Below, piece after piece: positions 39,040 to 46,415 of a stretch of 64,000 bases of DNA (its first letter is position 1; each line of letters starts with the position of its first letter). The position numbers and the translations under genes were made by a program. The notes under the pieces are model-generated. The model saw only the letters and a program-made list of their open reading frames with translations. It searched no databases and was not told the origin of the DNA. This stretch comes from Alphaproteobacteria bacterium (lineage in GTDB: Bacteria > Pseudomonadota > Alphaproteobacteria > MPNO01). Location of the stretch: NCBI GenBank assembly GCA_965248835.1, contig CBDFLJ010000001.1, positions 1,152,001 to 1,216,000 of the forward strand. The letters run 5' to 3'.

Positions 39040-39777
39040 CTAGAACGCGCGCTTGAGTTTGAGCAGCGCCTCGGTGCCCGGGGTCTCGGCGGCGCTGGCG
39101 GCATCGCCGGCATCGGACTTCGAATAGCTCAGCATCACGTCGAACCCGAACACGTTGACGGTGCCGGAGACGCTCCACTGGGTATAGTCCGGGGCGGTGA
39201 AGCGCGACTCGCTGCGGGTCCACGGCCGGGAGATGCCGGCCGACATCGTGAAGCCGTTGGCGATCGGGACCTCGGCGGCCAGCGTCGGGTAATGAGTCGA
39301 CTTGCCCGAAGCGAGATAGTGCGGCGCGTAGTGCAGGCTCGCGGTCACGACCATGGCGCCGAAGTCGTAACGCAGGGCGCCGAGCAGGCCGACGGCGTCC
39401 TCGCCAAGGCCGGCAGCCACCGCACCCTTGACCGGCGTGCGGTAGACGATGCCCATGTCCCAGGCCAGCCCGGTGGTCGGAACCGCACCCCGCAGGCCAG
39501 CGAACGCGCCGACTTCCAGGCGGGCATCGCCCAGATCGACCGAAACGGCGTCGGGATCCCGCGCCGGCCCCAGTCTGGCGAGCAGCGGCACCGCCACGCC
39601 GAGCGCGGCCTCGGCCCCGCTGCGACGCGCCGCGCCGTCGTCGACGATGGAGATCCAGCCGAGCGCCGGATTGCCTGCCCGGCTGTCGGCGATCCCGGTC
39701 GCGAACTGGGCCTGGGCGGTTGTCGCGGTCCCCAGCAGCATCGCCGTCGCTGCAATAAAGGACGTGGAACGATCCAT
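39040..39777 (-). CDS. Secreted outer-membrane beta-barrel, divergent TorF/putative porin-like
   Basis: Signal peptide ending AQA, alternating beta-strands, DY..WS.G motif, C-terminal F. Confidence 0.55.
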   Translation of the reverse strand: MDRSTSFIAATAMLLGTATTAQAQFATGIADSRAGNPALGWISIVDDGAARRSGAEAALGVAVPLLARLGPARDPDAVSVDLGDARLEVGAFAGLRGAVPTTGLAWDMGIVYRTPVKGAVAAGLGEDAVGLLGALRYDFGAMVVTASLHYAPHYLASGKSTHYPTLAAEVPIANGFTMSAGISRPWTRSESRFTAPDYTQWSVSGTVNVFGFDVMLSYSKSDAGDAASAAETPGTEALLKLKRAF

Positions 39778-39919
39778 CAACTGTCTTCCCTTGCCGACCG
39801 AACGCCGCGGCGAAATTCGATGCGGCCAACACGCCGGTAACGGTGCAAGCCAATATGCCGCCGCCGGGAATGACATGCAACCGGGCTTCGGCCGGTGCGC
39901 CGACGGGTCATGGATCCGT

Positions 39920-40918
39920 TCAGGCGTTGCTTTCGGCCGTGGTCTTGCTGAGCTTCGCGTGGCGGTGCTGCCAGGCCTTGACCGGGGCGTGGCGGGCCGG
40001 CTCGCCCGGCGACCGGCAGGTCGGGATGCATTCGATCCGGGCGTCGTAATTCGGCTGGACGAAAAATGCCAGCGACTGGCGCCTGGTGCCCGAGCGCAGA
40101 CCGGCCGGCGGGTTGACCACCCGATGGAGGTTCGAAAGCCAGCGGTCGTTGGTCCAGACCATCATCAGGTCGCCGATATTGACCACGAACGAGCCCGGCG
40201 GCGGGCGGACATCGACCCAGGCCCCGTCGCGGTCGAGCACCTGGAGCCCGCCCGGAGCATCGTCGACCAACAGCAGCGTATGGGTGCCGAAATCCGAATG
40301 GGCGCCGCAGCGCAACTGCCCGGCGGCGGGCGGCGGGTCCTGGTCGGGATAGTTGATCGCCCGCAGGACGCTTGCGTGGCAGTCGAACTTGTCGAGGAAA
40401 TATTGCGCCTCGACGCCGAGCGCCGCGGCGAAGATCCCGAGAAGCCGCCGGTTCAGCCCCTCCAGCGCACGGTAGTACTCCTTGACCGTCGCCACCAGGT
40501 CGGGCATCACCTCGGGCCAGACATTGGGCTCGTAGGCGTGGCCGGCCTCCTTGTGGCGGTAGTACGGATCATCCGGCAGATCGAAGCGCCCAAAGGCCAG
40601 CGCCTCGCGGTAGTCCGGCGGGGCGGCGGCATCGTGCGAGGCGGCGACGAACTCATCGCCGAACGGCACATAGCCCCGGTTGACGTTGCGCGCTTCGTTG
40701 GTGAAGGCGCGCTTGGTCGCCTCGGGCAGATCGAAGAACGCCGCGCACCGGGCGCCGATCCGGTCCATCAGCGCCGGGTCCACGCCGTGGCCGGTTATCG
40801 ACAGGAACCCGATGCCCTCAACCGCCCCGGCTACGGCATCGGCGATTCGCCGGCGGTCCGCCGAACCGCCGGTCTCGAAGCCGGATATGTCGATCAGCGG
40901 GACTTCGGAGACCGTCAT
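39920..40918 (-). CDS. 2OG-Fe(II) oxygenase, isopenicillin N synthase family
   Basis: VPLIDIS, GFLSITGHGV, HSDFG, NIGD...WTND...S.LHRV, RQS. Confidence 0.92.
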   Translation of the reverse strand: MTVSEVPLIDISGFETGGSADRRRIADAVAGAVEGIGFLSITGHGVDPALMDRIGARCAAFFDLPEATKRAFTNEARNVNRGYVPFGDEFVAASHDAAAPPDYREALAFGRFDLPDDPYYRHKEAGHAYEPNVWPEVMPDLVATVKEYYRALEGLNRRLLGIFAAALGVEAQYFLDKFDCHASVLRAINYPDQDPPPAAGQLRCGAHSDFGTHTLLLVDDAPGGLQVLDRDGAWVDVRPPPGSFVVNIGDLMMVWTNDRWLSNLHRVVNPPAGLRSGTRRQSLAFFVQPNYDARIECIPTCRSPGEPARHAPVKAWQHRHAKLSKTTAESNA

Positions 40919-41049
40919 TGCGCCGCCCTTTCGCCGGGCCGAAGTAGACCAAGAACCGGGCCGGCATGCAACACGGCGGGGAGGGAAGGGTTCGCCATTC
41001 CACGTTCGGCGGATTTGGCCTAGCCTCCTCATGTCCTGGAGGATCGCCG

Positions 41050-42171
41050 ATGGAGACCACGGATTACGAGGCGGTGCGCCGTCCGCTTGCCGAAGCCGAG
41101 ACGCTGCCGCCGGACTGCTACACCTGCGAGGCGTTTTACCGCCGCGAGGTCGCCCGGATCTTCATGCGCAAGTGGAACCTGATCGGCCGCGCCGATTACT
41201 GGCCGAAGCCGGGCGACTACGCTGCGATGGAGCTCGTCGGCGTCCAGTACCTGGTCATGCGCGGCCGCGACGGGCGGCTGCGCGCGTTCGCCAACAGTTG
41301 CCGGCATCGCGGCGCCAAGCTGCTCGACGGCGAGGGCAGTTGTGATCGCATCGTCTGCCCCTATCACGGCTGGACCTACGGGCTGGACGGCACGCTGGCC
41401 TTCGCCAACGGCATGGAGGAGGCAAGGGATTTCGATCCGGCCGCCTACGGGCTCGCCGAATTGCGGCTGGAGACCTGGGCCGGCTTCGCCTTCGTCAATT
41501 TCGACCCCGATTGCGCGGCGCTTGCGGACTATCTGGGCGATCTCGGCGATCACCTTGCGTCCTACGGGCTGGAGGACATGCTCACCGTCAAGCGCGCGGA
41601 GTTCGTCATCCGCACCAACTGGAAGAGCTATGTCGAGAACTCGATGGAGTCCTTCCACCACCCGACGGTCCATCGCAACTCGGTCAACGACCCTTCCATC
41701 AAGAAGACGGTCGTGGTCGGCACACCCGGACAATACGTCCTGGTCCAGTCCGATTCGGGCGGCAGGACCCGCGCGCTGCTCAAGGATGCGCCGGGCTTCC
41801 CGCCGATCCCGACGCTCAGCGGGGCCGCGGCGCGCGGCTCGCAATATCTGCTGGTCTATCCCGCGACCATGATCGGCTGCGACGTCGATTCGATGTGGTT
41901 CAAGCAAATGGTGCCCGAAGGGCCCGACCGGGTGCGCAACATCGTCGCCATCTGCTTCCCGCGCCAGGCCGTGGCCCGGCCCGATTTCGAGGCGATCGTC
42001 GGCCATTACTACCGGCGCTTCGATACCGCGATCGCCGAGGACAACGAGATCGCCGAACGGCAGTTCGCCGGGCTCAGCTCCCCGCTCGCCCGGCCGGGCC
42101 GATTCTCGCACCGCGAGCCGCTGGTCCATGTGATCGACAACTGGGTTCTCGACCAGGTGCTCGCCGGCTGA
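41050..42171 (+). CDS. Rieske oxygenase, choline monooxygenase/CntA-like group
   Basis: CRHRG...CPYHGWTY, NWK..VEN.ME..H.P.VH, ED; SD GGAGG. Confidence 0.9.
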   Translation: METTDYEAVRRPLAEAETLPPDCYTCEAFYRREVARIFMRKWNLIGRADYWPKPGDYAAMELVGVQYLVMRGRDGRLRAFANSCRHRGAKLLDGEGSCDRIVCPYHGWTYGLDGTLAFANGMEEARDFDPAAYGLAELRLETWAGFAFVNFDPDCAALADYLGDLGDHLASYGLEDMLTVKRAEFVIRTNWKSYVENSMESFHHPTVHRNSVNDPSIKKTVVVGTPGQYVLVQSDSGGRTRALLKDAPGFPPIPTLSGAAARGSQYLLVYPATMIGCDVDSMWFKQMVPEGPDRVRNIVAICFPRQAVARPDFEAIVGHYYRRFDTAIAEDNEIAERQFAGLSSPLARPGRFSHREPLVHVIDNWVLDQVLAG

Positions 42172-42206
42172 TGCCGACCCCCGGTCAACCCCGACAGGAG
42201 GCCGCG

Positions 42207-43262
42207 ATGGGCGCGCCGCGATACGCCTACGAAGACCTGCTCGCATTCGTGACCGCGCTCGGCCGGGCGTGCGGCCTCGCCGAAGACCGCGCCGCAATCC
42301 ACGCGCGGGTGCTGCTGGAGGCCGACCTGATGGGGCATACGACCCACGGGCTGGCGCTGTTGGGCGGCTACCTCGCCAACCTCGAGACCGGCCGCTGTGC
42401 CGCAAGCGGCGAGCCCACGGTCATCAGCGACAGCGGATCGGCCCTCCTCTGGGACGGCAACCTTCTGCCCGGCACCTGGCTTGCCAGCCATGCGATCGAG
42501 ACCGCGGCCGCGCGCCTGTCGCAGCATCCGGTGGTGACGGTGTGCATCAGGCGCAGCGCCCATATCTGCTGCCTCGCCGCCTACCTGCTTCCGGCAACCC
42601 AGCGCGGCCACGTGGCGATCATCATGAACTCGGATCCGTCGGCCCGCACGGTGGCCCCCTTCGGCGGGATCGAGCCGGTGGTGACCCCCAACCCGATGGC
42701 CTTCGGGATCCCGACCGAGGACGATCCGATCCTGGTCGATATCAGCACCTCGACCACCGCCAACGGCTGGGTCCGGCGCCACCACGCCGAGGGCACCAGG
42801 CTGCCCGGCCGGTGGCTGCTCGATGCCGAGGGACGACCGACCGACGAGCCGGCGGCGCTGTTCACCGACCCGCCCGGCTCGGTGCTGCCGCTGGGCGGCA
42901 CCGAGGTCGGCTACAAGGGCTTCGGGCTGTCGCTGCTGGTCGAGGCGCTGACCGCGGCGCTGACCGGCTTCGGCCGGGCCGATGCGCCGTCCGGCCAGGG
43001 CAGCCCGGTCTTCATCCAGCTCATCGATCCGGGCGCCTTCGGCGGCCGGGCCGCGTTCACCCGCGAGACGACATGGCTCGCCGAGGCCGCACGGCGATCC
43101 GGGGTCCGCCCGGGCGACCCGCCGGTGCGCCTGCCCGGCCAGCGCGCACTGGCGCTGCGCCGCCGCCAACTGGCCGAAGGGCTCGACCTGCACGAGTCCA
43201 TCATGCCGGCGCTCGCACCCTGGTCGGAAAAATTCGGCCTCGCCCCGCCCGCGCCGCTGTGA
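42207..43262 (+). CDS. Ldh_2 family (malate/L-lactate/ureidoglycolate-type) oxidoreductase
   Basis: ADLMGHTTHG, P.GG......NP.AFG.P, D.STS, LPLGG...GYKGFGL, VRLPG. Confidence 0.9.
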   Translation: MGAPRYAYEDLLAFVTALGRACGLAEDRAAIHARVLLEADLMGHTTHGLALLGGYLANLETGRCAASGEPTVISDSGSALLWDGNLLPGTWLASHAIETAAARLSQHPVVTVCIRRSAHICCLAAYLLPATQRGHVAIIMNSDPSARTVAPFGGIEPVVTPNPMAFGIPTEDDPILVDISTSTTANGWVRRHHAEGTRLPGRWLLDAEGRPTDEPAALFTDPPGSVLPLGGTEVGYKGFGLSLLVEALTAALTGFGRADAPSGQGSPVFIQLIDPGAFGGRAAFTRETTWLAEAARRSGVRPGDPPVRLPGQRALALRRRQLAEGLDLHESIMPALAPWSEKFGLAPPAPL

Positions 43263-43277
43263 GCCCGCCGCCCTGTC

Positions 43278-43433
43278 CTATTCCTTCCCGGAGCGGTAGC
43301 GGTAGCGGAACGCGCCGTCGAGGATCTCGCGGGCCTTCGCCTCGCCCAGGACCGCGACCATCTCCTCGTAGATCGGCTTGATGACCGCGGCCTGCTGGCG
43401 CCGTTTCTCAAGAGTCGGGATCTCGTCGTTCAT
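43278..43433 (-). pseudogene. Internally deleted remnant of an L-2-amino-thiazoline-4-carboxylic acid hydrolase-like gene
   Basis: 51 aa: a family-like N-terminus (LEKRR..A..IKPIYEE....LG...A.EIL) joined directly to a family-like C-terminus (FRYRY); SD-like CAGGAAG. Confidence 0.55.
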
Positions 43434-43456
43434 CTTCCTGCCTGACCAGCTCCTGG

Positions 43457-43525
43457 CTAGGGGGCGACGATCACCTTGCCGAAGATCGCGCGGTTCTTGA
43501 GTGCGGCGAACGCGCTCCGGGCCGC
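43457..43525 (-). pseudogene. C-terminal remnant of a zinc-binding/MDR dehydrogenase gene
   Basis: Manual translation AARSAFAALKNRAIFGKVIVAP* matches the typical MDR C-terminal A.A...L..R..FGKVV..P; the rest of the gene is missing. Confidence 0.5.
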
Positions 43526-43623
43526 ACTGCAACGACGCAGACAATCCGGCGGCGCGCTTCGCGCGGCCGGCACCGGGTGCGATAATCGCGGCGGGATCGC
43601 GCGGGAGACGGCATGTGGCACGG

Positions 43624-44901
43624 ATGACGCGGGAGGAAAACGAGCTTCTCACCCGAACCGGTGCGGACACGCCGATGGGAAAGCTGTTCCGCCGCTACTG
43701 GCTGCCGGCGATGTTGTCCGAACGGCTGCCCGAGCCCGACGGCGCGCCGATTGCGGTCCAATTGCTGGGCGAGCGGCTGGTCGCCTTCCGCGACACGCGG
43801 GGCCGCGTCGGCCTGCTCGACGAGTTCTGCCCGCACCGCCGGGTCTCGCTGGTATACGGGCGCAACGAGGAATGCGGGCTGCGCTGCGTCTTCCACGGCT
43901 GGAAGCTCGATGTCGAGGGGCGGGTGGTCGAGACTCCGGCCGAGGCGAGCCCGGATTTCGGCAGGACCATCAGCCATACCGCCTACCCGACGCGCGAGGC
44001 CGGCGGGATCGTTTGGACCTATATGGGGCCGGCGGCCGAGCCGCCGCCCTTTCCGGCGTTCCTGTTCACCACGCTGCCGGCTCACCAGGTGCTGGGCTAC
44101 CACTACCGGCAGGAATGCAACTACCTGCAGGGGATCGAGGCCGATCTCGACATCTCCCACCCATCGTTCCTGCACAGCACCATCGACCAGGCGCCGCTCG
44201 ACGAGCGCCGCGCGGCGATGAACCACGACCCGCAGCCGCGCGCCTATACGCGCGAAGAGCCGTTCGGGATGCAGACCGTCTGGGGCTGGAAGACCGCGGA
44301 TCCGGCCAAGGCGCTCTACTGGGTCGACCCGTTCGTCGTGCCTTGCCACACGATCGTGCCGGCCGGGCGCACCGGCATGCGCTGGATCTGGCATGCCTGG
44401 GTGCCGATCGACGACGAGCACCACTGGCTCTACTACGTTCACTACGACCCGGAGGTCGACTTCACGGCGGAGGACCGGGCGCGGCTGGAGTACCATTTCG
44501 GCCACGACCTGATCGACCCGGAAGACGACTACCGTTCGCGCGGCAGTCTGGCCAACCTCCATCTGCTGGACCGGAACCGGCAGAAATCGGAAAACTATAC
44601 CGGCATCAGGGGGATCGCGGCCCAGGACATCGCGATGCTCCAGAGCATGGGCCCGATCGTCGACCGAAGCCTGGAGAACATCGGCTCCAGGGACCTCCTG
44701 GTCGCTCGGCTGCGGCGCTATCTGCTGAAGCTGGTGCGCGCCTTCATGGCGGGCGCGCCGCCGCCGGGCCTCGACGGCACGGTCTCGTTCGCCGACATCG
44801 ACAGCCGGATGGTGATCGTGCCGGCGGGCGCCGGGCTGGCGGAGATCCTCGAACATCGTGAATGGACCTGGGGCGAGGTCGATGAAGGAGACATTCAATG
44901 A
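43624..44901 (+). CDS. Rieske oxygenase, phthalate 4,5-dioxygenase/LigX-like group
   Basis: EENELLTR.G..TPMG.LFRRYW.P, CPHR...CVFHGWK, CNYLQ..E...D.SH..FLH, QD.A...SMG.I.DRS.E. Confidence 0.9.
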   Translation: MTREENELLTRTGADTPMGKLFRRYWLPAMLSERLPEPDGAPIAVQLLGERLVAFRDTRGRVGLLDEFCPHRRVSLVYGRNEECGLRCVFHGWKLDVEGRVVETPAEASPDFGRTISHTAYPTREAGGIVWTYMGPAAEPPPFPAFLFTTLPAHQVLGYHYRQECNYLQGIEADLDISHPSFLHSTIDQAPLDERRAAMNHDPQPRAYTREEPFGMQTVWGWKTADPAKALYWVDPFVVPCHTIVPAGRTGMRWIWHAWVPIDDEHHWLYYVHYDPEVDFTAEDRARLEYHFGHDLIDPEDDYRSRGSLANLHLLDRNRQKSENYTGIRGIAAQDIAMLQSMGPIVDRSLENIGSRDLLVARLRRYLLKLVRAFMAGAPPPGLDGTVSFADIDSRMVIVPAGAGLAEILEHREWTWGEVDEGDIQ

Positions 44902-45428
44902 GCCTTGAAGCGACGGTCGCGGCACTCGCGGCCCGGGTGCAGCGGCTGGAGGACGAATCGGCGATCCGGCGCCTGATGGCCGAGATGCTGGCCAAGGCCG
45001 ATGAGCGCGACCACCCGCGCTGGGGCGAGCGGCTGGTGGCCTACTACACCGAGGACGGCATGTGGACCAGCGGCACCGGGTTCGCAGAGGTCGGCATGTC
45101 CGAGCGCGGCCGCGCCGCGCTGTCCCGGAAATTCACCGCCGGCACGCGGATCTGCGAATCGAGCCATCTGCTGGGCTCGGAGTCGATCACGGTCGAAGGC
45201 GACCGGGCGAACGGCACCTGGCTATGCTTCGAGCCGGCGACGCTGCACGGCCCCGACGACAGCCGCGAGGCGGTCTGGGTGATGGGCCGCTATATCTGCG
45301 AGTTCCGCCGCGACGGCGCCGAATGGAAGGTACGCACGGTCCGCTTCGAAGGGATCTTCTGCACGCCCTACGAGCAGGGCTGGGCCAAGGAGCGCTTCAC
45401 CTCGATCAGCCCGCTGCCGACCGGCTGA
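44898..45428 (+). CDS. NTF2/SnoaL-like domain protein
   Basis: LEDE.AIRRL...D......YTEDG.W, I.V.GD.A.G.W, GRY..EF.R..G.WK; ATGA coupling to the Rieske gene. Confidence 0.82.
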   Translation: MSLEATVAALAARVQRLEDESAIRRLMAEMLAKADERDHPRWGERLVAYYTEDGMWTSGTGFAEVGMSERGRAALSRKFTAGTRICESSHLLGSESITVEGDRANGTWLCFEPATLHGPDDSREAVWVMGRYICEFRRDGAEWKVRTVRFEGIFCTPYEQGWAKERFTSISPLPTG

Positions 45429-45909
45429 CCCGGCGCATGTTGTAGCGGCCCGCTTCCACCCCTGCGGGCAGCGGCAGCGGCTGCCAGCCCGCCGCCTCCA
45501 TGGGCTGGTCGCTGACGATCAGCCCGCCCTCGGCCATCAGCCGGTCGATCAGCGGCGCGATGGTCTGCGCCAGGGCCGCGTTGGCCGCCGCATCGCCGGT
45601 GCCGATATCGCAATGGGCCAGGGCGGCCGGGCCGGGCAGGCGCGCGGACGCTTCGGCCAGGGTAGCGACGATATCGCCCTCTATGAAAAACGCGGGGTCG
45701 GGGATGCAGTCCGGGTGGGCGGCGACCCGGCGGTCGAAGACGTATATCGGCCGGCCGGCGAGATTCGCCCTCAGGTGATCGTAGGTGCGGCCGTTGCCGA
45801 GCCCGAGCTCCAGAACCGGGCCGTCGACATCGCGGATCATCTCCATGGCCGAATCGAGGCAGGCGCGCTGGGCCTCGAGGCGCCGGATAAACGAATCCAG
45901 ACGGCTCAT
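45406..45909 (-). CDS. Class I SAM-dependent methyltransferase (small, Methyltransf_17-like)
   Basis: MSRLDSFIRRL.AQR, VLELGLGNGRTYDHL, H.DIG.G. Confidence 0.8.
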   Translation of the reverse strand: MSRLDSFIRRLEAQRACLDSAMEMIRDVDGPVLELGLGNGRTYDHLRANLAGRPIYVFDRRVAAHPDCIPDPAFFIEGDIVATLAEASARLPGPAALAHCDIGTGDAAANAALAQTIAPLIDRLMAEGGLIVSDQPMEAAGWQPLPLPAGVEAGRYNMRRVSRSAAG

Positions 45910-45928
45910 GATCCGCCGCGCGCGGCTC

Positions 45929-46378
45929 TCAGTTGCCGTCCATCGCCGCGCGGAGCTGGCTGGTGGTTTTCTCCAGCCGGTGGGCCAGCTCGCGCATGAT
46001 CTCGATCGCCATGTCGGGAAACTCTGTGATCATCCGGAAAAACTGGTCCTTGGAGATCGCCAGCGTCGTCAGCTCGTTGGCCGCGCGCACCGTTGCGGTC
46101 CGCGGCACGTCGATAAGGATAGCGATCTCGCCGACCAGGTCGTTCTTGGCCAACGTGGCGACCTTGAGCTCGCCGCCGGGCGCGTCGACCAGCACCTCGG
46201 CCTCGCCCTGGACGATGATGAAGGCCTTGTCGCCGACATCGCCTTGATGGAACAGCTCCTGGCCGCCGGCGAAGGTCAGCCGCTCGCTCGTGAAAGCGAG
46301 CAGCTTGAGCTTGGAGGGCTCGATCTTGGCAAACAGCGGGATCTTCCGTAAGAGATCGACTTCTTCGTTGAGGCTCAC
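45929..46378 (-). CDS. Stand-alone cyclic nucleotide-binding domain protein
   Basis: LFHQGDVGD..FII..G.AEV, phosphate-binding cassette GEIAIL..VPRTATVRA; no HTH. Confidence 0.92.
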   Translation of the reverse strand: MSLNEEVDLLRKIPLFAKIEPSKLKLLAFTSERLTFAGGQELFHQGDVGDKAFIIVQGEAEVLVDAPGGELKVATLAKNDLVGEIAILIDVPRTATVRAANELTTLAISKDQFFRMITEFPDMAIEIMRELAHRLEKTTSQLRAAMDGN

Positions 46379-46415
46379 TGTGAAATCCTTCGGCCGGTTG
46401 CCCCCGACACGCGGA

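Noticed and set aside
39843-39862. Sigma54-like GG...TTGC motif upstream of the TorF-like gene
   Set aside because: The spacing is GG-N11-GC rather than the strict GG-N10-GC.
41024-41042. CCTCC/GGAGG hairpin that could occlude the Rieske gene SD
   Set aside because: Only a 5-bp stem, which is likely by chance at this GC content.
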